From Vicugna vicugna (lineage: Eukaryota): DNA of 32,499 nt. Location of the stretch: contig MU057989.1 of assembly GCA_013265495.1 (NCBI GenBank), forward strand, positions 2,001,513-2,034,011, read 5' to 3'. How positions within the stretch are numbered: position 1 is the stretch's first letter; each line of letters starts with the position of its first letter. This document shows, piece by piece, positions 12,401-21,508 of this stretch. The notes below the pieces were generated by a model, which saw nothing but the letters and a program-made list of their open reading frames with translations, made no database searches and was not told the origin of the DNA. Position numbers and translations under genes: made by a program.

Positions 12401-12987
12401 AAATTTTCTCTCTCCAAACAAGTTGTTTCAGGTGTTGGAGCTTCCGTTTTCTGGAAAGAGGTCTTGAATGGTGGGTGCAGGCACTCAGTGAGCGCGGCTC
12501 AGGGTCATACCGCCGGGCTCCGCGGGCTGCAGGTTCCCCCAAGGTGGGCAGGTGTGGTTCCTACAGCTGTGGCTGCGGGAGACCTCAGCCTGGAGAGAAG
12601 GGCCTTCTAGAAGACATGGAGGCTTCGAGGACGGTGGAGTCCTCCGAGGCCGCCCGGCTTCCTCCCCTGACCCCCTTCCCAAATTCTCTCCGCTTGGCAC
12701 CCGAGGAGCCCGATCTGCCCCAGCCCACATGGCTATGCAGCCGGCCAGAGACCCTCGCAAACTCAGCCTAGCGGGCCTGGGGGTGTTCCAGGGCCCTCAG
12801 ACGGCGGAGTCGGTGACGGACAGCAACCCTGTTCCGGAACCGCTGGTTCGGAGGGCCGGAGGGCCGGAGGGGCGCGGCGGCTGCGGCGGCTGCGGCGGGA
12901 TGCTGGTCTGGGCGCGCGGCAGGGGCGGGGCCGGAGCCGTGAGAGGCCGCCTCCCCAGCTCCCTCCCTCCCTCCTGCGCCCTGGGAG

Positions 12988-13114
12988 ATGCTGCTCCCGG
13001 TGTCCCACCGGCGCCCGGGGCATCGTCGTGCCCTAAGTCTGAGGCAGATTCCAGACGACAGTTACAACCCAGAGATCCTTTACGTGGAGCTGTGGATGCT
13101 GCCCGTGTTGTTCG
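12988..13114 (+). CDS. KHDC1: Exon 1 of a KHDC1/KHDC3L/DPPA5/OOEP-family atypical KH gene (MLLPVSHRRPGHRRALSLRQIPDDSYNPEILYVELWMLPVLF/G)
   Basis: ATG at 12988 with G at -3, inside a CpG island. The peptide NPEILYVELWMLPVLFG resembles, from memory, KHDC3L NPKVVRLEVWLVEKIFG and DPPA5 DPEVFQVQTRLLKAIFG. Strong phase-1 donor CG|GTGAGT at 13115, at the position where this family's first intron falls. The symbol is a family-level, 5'-exon assignment. Confidence 0.8.
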
Positions 13115-13336
13115 GTGAGTGAGCCCGGAGCCCCGCGCCCTTGGATGTCCGCCGGTGGCATCCGGTCCGATGCCGCCCACGTTACTTCTCACGGGTGGGG
13201 CTCTGTCAGTGCCCCCGAAGTTTCCTGGAATCCTGGACGCTCCGTGGGCCAGTCTGGGCGGACTCCGACCCCGAGGGCCCCTTCCCTTCGTGACCCTGGG
13301 GCCCGAGGCTCAGCACCCCTCTCCTCCCCTCCCCAG

Positions 13337-13519
13337 GCCCGGACTGCCAACTGATGACGGCGCTCCACCGGTGGTGGTGGTTCGGGGTCTTACTCGTGGT
13401 GAGCGCGGTCCCAGGATGCGGAGTCCTGATCTTCATTATTGGGCTGCCCTTCTACCAGCATCTTACGATGCTCCTCATCGTGGCGATGTCTTTCCAGCTT
13501 CGGATCCGCGAAAACCGAG
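13337..13519 (+). CDS. KHDC1: Exon 2 of the KHDC1-like gene (G/PDCQLMTALHRWWWFGVLLVVSAVPGCGVLIFIIGLPFYQHLTMLLIVAMSFQLRIRENR), hydrophobic
   Basis: Polypyrimidine tract plus CCCCAG acceptor (13335-13336); in frame with exon 1; phase-1 donor GAG|GTAGGA at 13520. Closely resembles the recalled human KHDC1 N-terminus MLSAFQRLFRVLFVIETVSEYGVLIFIYGWPFLQTLAMLLIGTVSFHLWIRRNR. Confidence 0.88.
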
Positions 13520-13867
13520 GTAGGAGTTGCAGGGGTCCCAGCAGGGAATGCTTCCTCCGCCCAGGAGCCCGGGAAGGTGGACTTGCTTGCTGCATCTTTG
13601 CGGCTCATTCCACTTCCTTAGTCTCAGGGCCTGGGACAGTTTTGAGAACAGTCACCAGGTCTTAAAAATCCCTGGGTGTGGGCCCCAGCTCCCGAGCCGG
13701 GAGAGCGAGAAGAGTTTGGGAAGGAGACAGGGGCAGGACCCAAAGGTGAAAATCTAGCACATCTCTGCACTCTGGGCGAGGGTCCTGGAGGGACGTGGCA
13801 GCAGCACTTTTCGGGGATGTCCTCCGCAGTCTCTTGTGGGCCTGCCCTACCACTTAGATAACTAGGA

Positions 13868-14057
13868 CAGCAGATTTCCAAGCGTAGTCCCAGGACCAGC
13901 AGGATCAGCATCACCTGGGAGCTTGTTAGAGCTGCAAACTCGGGTGCCCACCCTGACCCACGGAATCTGAAACTGGGGATGGGACCGAGTAATCTGTGTT
14001 TTAACATGCCCTGCAGCTAATTGTGTTACACACCAGAGTTTGAAAACCATCGCTCTA
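13868..14057. mobile_element. MER5A hAT-Charlie MITE in intron 2 of the KHDC1-like gene
   Basis: GGACCAGCAGGATCAGCATCACCTGGGAGCTTGTTAGA...AATCTGTGTTTTAACA...AGTTTGAAAACCA. Confidence 0.9.
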
Positions 14058-14104
14058 GGGTCGTCTCCTCAAAGCCTGCACCCAACCAGCTGCTTTCTTT
14101 TTAG

Positions 14105-14163
14105 CCAGAGCTCGGACCAGACGGCTGCTAAATTCTGCGCGGGCCTCCGGACACTCGGTTTAA
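14105..14163 (+). CDS. Probable terminal coding exon 3 (A/RARTRRLLNSARASGHSV*), giving a 122-aa product
   Basis: Acceptor TGCTTTCTTTTTAG| at 14104; phase compatible with exon 2; TAA at 14161-14163; AATAAA at 14378 downstream. Supported by splice logic only, with no recognisable protein homology. Confidence 0.5.
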
Positions 14164-14377
14164 GGCTGGGACCGGTCCTGAATCCCTTATCCTTATCCAG
14201 AAGTCAGCTCGTGGCGGACCTCACCACAGGGACGGCATTGCAGGGGGATGGAGGCCAGGAGGCTAAGGCGCTATGAAAGATGCAGATGACGATGGGCGTG
14301 GAGACCACCATCCTTCATTCTGTCACCTTCAAGTTATTGCAAGCTCAAGCTTTTAAGGAAAGTTTCAGTGGTTTTAT

Positions 14378-14420
14378 AATAAATGATCTTTATTGGTTTT
14401 GTCTTGTTTGGTTTTTTTTT
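14378..14420 (+). terminator. Candidate polyadenylation signal of the KHDC1-like gene
   Basis: AATAAA at 14378-14383 followed by a GT/T-rich downstream tract (TTGGTTTTGTCTTGTTTGGTTTT). Confidence 0.5.
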
Positions 14421-15247
14421 TAAAGTGAAAGTAAATTTATTTAGAGAGATACACACTCCATAGAGAGTGCAGGTGGTCTCAGAAGGCAAGAGAGAGAACG
14501 ACCCATCGGTTTGTGTTGATCAGTGTTCTTTCCAGGTTATAATGGGAAAAGGCAAAAAAAAAAAAAGTTTCCAAACTGTTTTCAGCTCCTCAGAGTGTTA
14601 GGGAAGGGGGTGATGGAATCTCTGGAGGAGTCCCCAATACCCTGGCTCTGGAATCAAGCTCACCTTTCCTGCCTGGGTCCCCACCGGAAAGAGCAGGGAG
14701 CTTCAGGGAGCAAGATGCCTGTTATGGGGGTACAGCCCAGCAGTCCAGGCAGGTGAAGGCCAACAGCTGTTCCTCAGTTGGGGTACTCCGGCTCTCTGCT
14801 AGCTTTTCAGGAACAATTCAGCTGCAGCTATGAGCTCTTTGAAGCCAGTTTGGAGGGAATTGAAGAACTTAAATGGAAACATGTGTGGAATATATCTGGT
14901 GAATGTGCTTGATAAGCAGAATTGATGCTCCGTATTTTTGTAGAGGTGGGGAACAGAGAAATAGCTGGTGATGGAGAGGGCATTGAGTCAACAGTGCTTT
15001 TATTTCCCTCAGTAGGATAGGATGGGATGGTGGGCCAGGTGTGATGCTGGGGGAGGGAGAGGCTAACAACCTAGAGGCAGGTGGGGATGATAGCGGCCCT
15101 CAAGCCCTGTGAAAGCAGGAAGAAAGCAAACCCAGGGCCCTGGAGGAGGGAGCAGCTTCTGGAAGGAGGAGCATATGTAAGAGGAGGCTCACAGGGCAGG
15201 ACTGGAAGCGTTGTGGAGAGATTCCTTTAGCCTGAGGAGAAAAACTT

Positions 15248-15948
15248 TCTTTTTTAAATTGAAGTATAGTCAGTTTACAATGCTGTGTCAACCTCTGGTG
15301 TACAGCATAATGTTTCAGTCATACATATGCATACATATATTCCTTTCATATTCTTTTTCATTATAGGTTACTGCAAGATATTAGAAATGGTTCCCTGTGC
15401 TATGCAGTAGGACCTTTCCTTATTTATTTTATATATAGTAGTTGGTATCTGTAAATCTTGAACTCCCAATTTATCCCTTCCCATCCCTCTTCCCCCCAGT
15501 AACCATAAGCTTGTTTCCTCTATGAGCCTTTCTGTTTTGTAAGTAAGTTACGTTATGTCTTTTTTTTTTAGATTATACATATAAGTGATACCATATGGTG
15601 TTTTTCTTTCTCTGTCTGACTTCACTTAGAATGATGATCTCCAGGTCCATCCGTGTTGCTGCAAGTGGCATTGTTTCATTCTTTTTTATGGCTGAATAGC
15701 ATTCCATTGTATATATAGACCACAATTTCTTTATCCAGTCCTCTGTTGATGGACATTTAGATTGCTTTAAAGTCTTGGCTATTCTAAATAGTGCTGCTAT
15801 GAACATTGGGGTGCTTGTATCTTTTTGAATTAGAATTTCTTCTGGATATATGCCCAGGAGTCAGATTGCTTGATCATATGGTTAAGTCTATTATTGGTTT
15901 TTTGAGGAATCTCCATACTGCTTTTCATAATGGCTTCACCAAACTACA
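15248..15948 (-). mobile_element. Young L1 3' end including the ORF2 C-terminus
   Basis: ORF 15573-15806 MFIAALFRIAKTLKQSKCPSTEDWIKKLW. Confidence 0.95.
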
Positions 15949-16194
15949 AAGAATACTCATATTTACATCTTCTTTGACCTCTGATTACTTAATCTATGGC
16001 TATTTATCAACATTTCTCTAAGAAAGAAACATTAAAAACTGTATACTACTTTCATAACTAATAAGCCAAAATTTACACTTTTACAAATGTGTTTGCTCCA
16101 ATTTTTAAATGAGTGTATATATTGAATGGAACTTGTAAAATTTAATGAAATCACAAATCCGATAGAGTCTCTTCAATGCTAAAAGTAGCTATAA

Positions 16195-16430
16195 CATTAA
16201 TAAAATAACATTTGCTAACATCTGCGAGCTTAAGTACCAGGTCCTGTTCAGGTTTAGATATGTGACACTATCAATCTTCAAAACAGCCCCATGATATAGG
16301 TCCTCTGATTATGGCCTTGAAATTCAGACATGGAGAAACTAAGCAACTTGCTCATGGTCACACAGGCAGTTGGGACTGGAGTCCAGGGTCCCATGCCATG
16401 TGCCCCTTTATCATTATAGTGAATACAAAA
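16195..16430 (-). mobile_element. MIR SINE
   Basis: Core-like text: AATCTTCAAAACAGCCCCATGATATAGG...AAGCAACTTGCTCATGGTCACACAG. Confidence 0.7.
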
Positions 16431-16880
16431 TAGATTTCATTCAAACCAATTAGAGAAATGCTAATAGTAATCACTTCCTTGTTTTTGTTTGTAGTTTTGT
16501 CATCTAAGGATTCGCTCCTAGACATTATATGTAAGTTTTCATTTATTTCTGAAAAAGCAGAAAAATACATACTGGATGATGTTGTGTCCAGCACTATTTA
16601 TTCAGCATGACTTATGAGATTTATCCATTTGTAGCCTGTAGTTGTGTTCCATTCATCTCCTTGTTGTATAGTCTTTTTTCTTTATTTTGTATTTTTAATT
16701 GAAGTACAGTTGGTTCACAGTCTTGCGTCCCTTGTTGTATGGTCTTTCACTGTATTTATATTTGTATACATACTTATATCACAAATCATGTATGCATCCT
16801 GATACGGATGGGCTTTGGGGTTGTCTCCAGTTTTGGGCTAGTGTAACGAATATGACACTGAACAGTCCTATGCATGCTTC

Positions 16881-17270
16881 TGTATTTATCAGCTCAGGCT
16901 ACAATGACAACACCAGAGACAGGGTAGTTAAACAACACATTTATTTTCTCATGGTTCTGGAGATTAGAATTTCAAGTTCAAAGGTGCCACTATGGGTGGT
17001 TTCTGGAGCGACTTCTGTCCTCGGTCTGCAGATGGCTGCCTTCTCTCTGGGTCCAAATGGCCTTGGATGAGCTGAGGAGGAGGGGTGGAGGGGCAGGAGA
17101 GGGAGAGGTTCTGGTATCTCTTCTAATAAGGACACCAGTCCTATCAGATTAGGGCTCCACCCTGAGGACTTCACTTAACCTCCATTTGGCCCTGTCTCCA
17201 GGTACAGCCACACTGGGGATGGGGCTTCAACAAAGGAACTTTGGGGAGGGACACAGCTCAGACCGTGACA
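16881..17270 (-). mobile_element. MLT1 (MaLR) solo LTR
   Basis: TG...CA ends; ATTTATTTTCTCATGGTTCTGGAG, TAAGGACACCAGTCCTATCAGATTAGGGC, GGGGAGGGACACAGCTCAG. Confidence 0.9.
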
Positions 17271-17459
17271 GTCTCCCAGGGCACACGCACGTAGTGTTGC
17301 CTTTTGCATTTAATATATAATTTACCGGCATATGTTGTTTTATTGTTCTTTGCTTCATTGCACTACGAAGATACTGCGTTACTTTACAAATTGAGGGTTT
17401 GTGGCAACCCTGCCTTGTTTGGTGATGGTGAGCAGGTTTTAGCAAGAAAGTATTTTTAT

Positions 17460-18140
17460 TTATTTTTGGGTGTTTTTTTGGGGGGAAGGGGATTGTTACT
17501 GAGTCCAAACTCGTTCTGCTCGCCGCATGACAGGCCAATAAATTGGGAGACAGGGTGTTGGGGCAAGGAATAGAGACTTTATTTGGAAAGCCGGCAGACA
17601 GAGAGGATAGAAGACTACTATCTTGGAGGACCATCCTACTCTAGTTAAAATACAGCCTCTCTTTATACAAAAAGAAAAACAAAAAACAAAAAACAAAAAA
17701 CAGGGTGGGCTATAGTTCGTTGTTGCAAACTTCTTGCTGTAGAAATTCTTTGTTCTTGTAGCCGTCCGTGTGGGTCAGGCCATGGTGTCCCTGAAAATAT
17801 CCAGGAAAAGAAAGGTTATTCTCTGTTTGCAACTTGCCATTTCTCATAAGTGCAGAAGTGCATCCTTAAAGGTCAGAGTCCTGAGAACAGGCTCTCCTGT
17901 CTATTTTAGGCTAAAGGCAACATTGTTTAACAAAAGGTGCAGAGCTGGCAAGACTGAGCCTGGAAAACAGGGCACATGATTATAACTAAAGGAAGAGATC
18001 CAGTATAGTTAGTTCTGTTCTCCTCTATTACAGGATTAGGTTTGTTTGTTTGTTTATTTATTTCTGGAGGGACCGGGGATGGAACCCAGGACCCGTGCAT
18101 GCTAAGCATGTGCTCTACCACTGAGCTATACCCTCCTCCC
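17460..18140 (-). mobile_element. tRNA-derived SINE split by a solo LTR (pieces 17460-17493 and 18033-18140)
   Basis: The SINE tail sequence is continuous across the LTR once the GGAT duplication is removed. Confidence 0.85.
17494..18032 (-). mobile_element. ERV1-type solo LTR
   Basis: TGTTAC...ATTACA ends; perfect 4-bp TSD GGAT; minus-strand TATAAA (17662-17667) and AATAAA (17578-17583). Confidence 0.9.
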
Positions 18141-18412
18141 ACCAGAAAATATCCTTAAATTCAAGAGTCTATGTTGTTTTTTTAGACAGTGCTCTTGCAC
18201 ATCTAGCGACTACGATGAAGTATCAGCAACACTTTTACCTGCACTGGGAAACCAAAGCTTTGTGTGACTCACTTTGTTGCAATATTTGCTTTATCACATG
18301 GTCTGGAACTGAACTCACAGTATTTCCGAGGTCTTACTGCACCTGGAATTTAATGAAAGATTTTATTGTGTTAATTGCAGATTCCCATGCAGTTTTAAGA
18401 AATAGTCCAGAG

Positions 18413-18563
18413 AGGGATGGGATAGCTCCATGGAAGAGCGTGTGTCTAGCAAGCATGAGGTCCTGGATTCAATCCCCAGTAACTCCATTAAACATAAGGA
18501 AAGAAAGAAAAATCCAACTACCTCCCCCCCAAGTAAAATCATACATTTTAAAAAATAATAAAA
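18413..18563 (+). mobile_element. tRNA-derived SINE (vic-1-like), diverged
   Basis: Head GGGATAGCTCCATGGAAGAGCG...GGATTCAATCCCCAG; TSD GAAATAGTCCAGA/GAAATAATCCAGA. Confidence 0.88.
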
Positions 18564-18693
18564 GGAAATAATCCAGAAAGTTTCTTTGTACACTTTTCCT
18601 AGTTTCACATCCTGGTGCCATTTTGAGGAACTATAGTAAACCATCACAACCTGGACATAGATATGGGATTCTCCCCTAGTTTTATTTGCACTT

Positions 18694-18695
<2 letters not shown>

Positions 18696-18728
<33 letters not shown>
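18696..18728. repeat. (TG)n microsatellite
   Basis: Direct reading. Confidence 0.97.
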
Positions 18729-18731
<3 letters not shown>

Positions 18732-19176
18732 TAAGGTCTACTCAATTTTCTCACCTATGTAGCTCTCTGCATCCACCATCACAGTCAGATCCTTGATGTT
18801 GCCTTCTTTATAACCACAACTGCTTCCCTCCCACCAGTTGATTTTTGTGTATAGTATGAGGTCATATTTGTTTTCATTTCTTTTTTAAGTGATCTGTATT
18901 CAGTGGCCCTGGCATCATTTATTTACAGGGCCACCCTTTCCCAAATTCTCTGAAGCATCCCCTCTGCTGTAAGTCGTCTCCATGTATGTATGAGTCTACG
19001 GTTCTTCCATTCATAGTCCTGTTTGTTCCTTCTCACATCGGGACTGCGCTGCCTTAATTACTACTGCACCTTTAAAAAGAGGTTGCTATCTAGTAGAAAA
19101 AGCTGTTTCTTACTTTTCCTCTGTAAACATTGTCTTGGCTATTCTTGGCCCGTTGTATTTCTTACTAGTTTCCAAA

Positions 19177-19316
19177 GGGGGAAGGTATAGCTCAGTGGCA
19201 GAGCATGTACTTAGTATGCATGAGGTGCTGGGTTCAATCCGCAGCCCCACCATTAAAAATAAATGGACGAACCTAATTACCTTCACTCCCACCCCCACCA
19301 AATAAACAAGAAAACT
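19177..19316 (+). mobile_element. tRNA-derived SINE (vic-1-like)
   Basis: GGGGGAAGGTATAGCTCAGTGGCAGAGC head; TSD ACTAGTTTCC on both sides. Confidence 0.92.
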
Positions 19317-20239
19317 AACTAGTTTCCTAATGAATTTTCCGCAACAGGACCTATGCGACATCTCATTCTCAGAACTAGAGTGAACTCACACCGATGTTTC
19401 TTCTCTCTCACAAAAGGGGGCTCCAAGGCAGCAGGTGTGTGTTGCCCATCAATGTTGTTCCATTGATCTGACCTCGGGCTCTGGTCTCTAATACCCTCTG
19501 GAAGGAGCTGGGATATTGGGAAGCTGGTTCTTACAATCCTTTGGCTATATAACTTCCTGCCATGAAATAAGGAGTAAAAAACCAAGCAATGTGAAGTTTA
19601 GATCCCCCGCCCCCCCTTTTCTGAATGGATTAGGCAGCTGGACTGCAGGAACCAGTCATCTCTGGCGGAACTGAGCTGGGAGTGGCAGTTGGGAGGCTTG
19701 GGCCGTCTTGCCTCCCATGTGCTGCAGTGGGTCCCAGGATCAGCATCTGACCTGCAGCGGTGCGGGAAGGGCGCTCCAGAATGGTCCTAAGTTGGGGCAG
19801 GAGAGCGGAGCCTCAGGACCCCCTACATCCATCCACAGCTGCAGGTGGGGTTGGTCCAGAAGGGAGCAGGACCCTGGGCGGAGCAGCTATCCTCAGACAA
19901 GGCAATCCTTCTGACTGGCCTCTGAGAGCTGCTTCCTGGTACCTGTGCTACCTGCAGCTGAGGGATGTGCCCCAGGATCCTGGGGTGGGTCTGGGAGATG
20001 CCATTTCAGATCTGCTGCTCAGGTATGTGCTGGGAGCAACAACTCCAGCACTCTGGGGGGGGGCCTCAGTTCCTGGGATAAACTTACAAGGGTCTTTAAG
20101 GACTCATCATCCCCTCCTGTTCTATCCTTTGTAGGTTCCCCTAACTCCCATTTGGCGCCTCCGCTGGTCTCAGTAGCTTGCCTAGAGGTATGAGCCTGAC
20201 CTTCATCCCGGAGGGGTCAGCATCCCCTTCTTGGGTCTT

Positions 20240-20995
20240 GCCTGCTGTACTTTTCCAGGCCACCAACAGAGGGCCAGGGAGCAGCAAGAGAAGGCCAAGC
20301 AGAACCCGAGACCGCACACTTCCCTGCCCTCACTGCTGACACCGAGTCTCCCTCCTCCCGGTCCTCGCGGTCAGTCATCCCTGTCCGGGTGCTGAGCTGC
20401 TGATCCCAGAGGGCTCGGGCAGCAGCTGGAGCTTTTAGTGTCACAGACTCGCCACGACCCCTGGTAGAAGTGTTCTCTCACCTTTGTGAACCAGGGTGAG
20501 AGGCCCTGGTTGCAGGGACGGGGAGCGCCACTTCCCCACGTGGGTCGCTTGGACAGAGTAGGGCCTCCTTTCACCTTTTTCCTCCTCTGCCCTGAGTTTT
20601 GTTGGTGATGGAGCGCTACATACATGTGATGTGACTGATGTGAATTCAGATAGCTTCCTGGGTGAGGGCATCTTGTCCCGGGCTGACACTCTGTGCCAGT
20701 GTGGGCCTGACACTTGCTTGGTGCCAGATCATGTGATCAGACCCAGTGGGTCCCCTGGCCATGTTACCCACTCCTGCTCCACTTTTTGCCATAAAGTGGG
20801 GTCCCTTGGTCTGAGGTGATATCATGTGTGACCCTGTATTGGTGGTTTCAACATTGTTTAGAGATGCTGGCTCAGGTCCTGTGGGCAAATTCATATCTGG
20901 AAAATGTTTCTAATCCCATCAGAATTAACTGTTGCCCCTTTCAGGGCAGAAGGGGCTCCACTGTCATCAGCTTTGTTGATGCTGCAACAAACACA
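20240..20995 (-). mobile_element. Decayed ERVL internal region (integrase core plus dUTPase)
   Basis: Manual minus-strand translation gives EPLLP*KGQQLILMGLETFSRYEFA and HDITSDQGT/HFMAK, against recalled ERVL GPLPSWKGQRFVLTGIDTYSGYGFA and HSIASDQGTHFTAK. Further on, LVHKGERTLLPG and GMTDREDREE resemble ERVL dUTPase. Stops and frameshifts are present. Confidence 0.8.
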
Positions 20996-20999
20996 GGAG

Positions 21000-21508
21000 T
21001 GTTACCAAGTCCAAACTCAGTCTGCTTGCCGCACGACAGGCCAATAAATTGGGAGACGACGTCTTGGGGCAAGGAATAGCGAGTGTATTTGGAAAGCCAG
21101 CAGAGCAAGAGAACGGCATACTAATGTCTTGGAGAACCATCCTGCTTTACTACAAAAACCCAGGGGAGGGGGTGTACTTGGTTGTTGCAAACTTCTTGCT
21201 GTAGGAATTCTTCCTTCTTACAGCCACCTATGTGGGTCAGCTCATGGTGTCCCTGTTAACTGCAAACAAAACAAAGGTTATTTTCTATTCTGCAACTTGT
21301 TATCTTTATGTAAGTGCAGAAGTGTTCATATCCTTAAAGAAAGGTCGGAGCCTTGAGAAAAGGCTCTCCTGTTTACCAGGCAGCCTAAAGGCAACATTGT
21401 TTACAAAAGGTGCAGAGCGAGCAAGACTAAGCCTAGAAAACACGGCACAGTGGTTAAAGCTAAAGGAACAGATCTAATACGGAATCAGATTTTTCCTCCT
21501 CCATTACA
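21000..21508 (-). mobile_element. ERV1-type solo LTR, same family as 17494-18032
   Basis: Colinear similarity along its length (GACAGGCCAATAAATTGGGAGAC...AAAGGCAACATTGTTT...ATTACA); TSD not clear. Confidence 0.9.

Larger units (their letters stand above)
12480..13560. promoter_or_regulatory. CpG island / promoter of the KHDC1-like gene
   Basis: Very GC- and CpG-rich; GC box GGGGCGGGGC at about 12922-12932, just upstream of ATG 12988. Confidence 0.8.
17325..18339 (+). mobile_element. Internally deleted Tigger1 derivative (pieces about 17325-17459 and 18141-18339), interrupted by a SINE and an LTR
   Basis: Tigger1 5' end (TTTACAAATTGAGGGTTTGTGGCAACCCTGC) and 3' end (CACTGGGAAACCAAA...GGTCTGGAACTGAAC...TTCCGAGGT). 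Confidence 0.85.
18345..19350 (-). mobile_element. Old L1 fragments, interrupted by two SINEs and a (TG)n tract
   Basis: GATTCCCATGCAGTTTTAAGAAATA...; TTGTCTTGGCTATTCTTGG antisense L1 motifs. Confidence 0.65.

Noticed and set aside
8120..15806. ORFs MFTAALFTIAKTWKQ... and MFIAALFRIAK... as genes
   Set aside because: They are C-terminal remnants of truncated L1 ORF2.
7051..19316. tRNA genes
   Set aside because: The tRNA-like heads carry SINE tails and TSDs and have diverged stems, so they are SINEs.
17494..21508. Provirus bounded by two same-orientation LTRs
   Set aside because: The first LTR has its own TSD on both sides, and the interval holds Tigger, L1, SINE and unrelated ERVL pieces. 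These are two independent solo LTRs.
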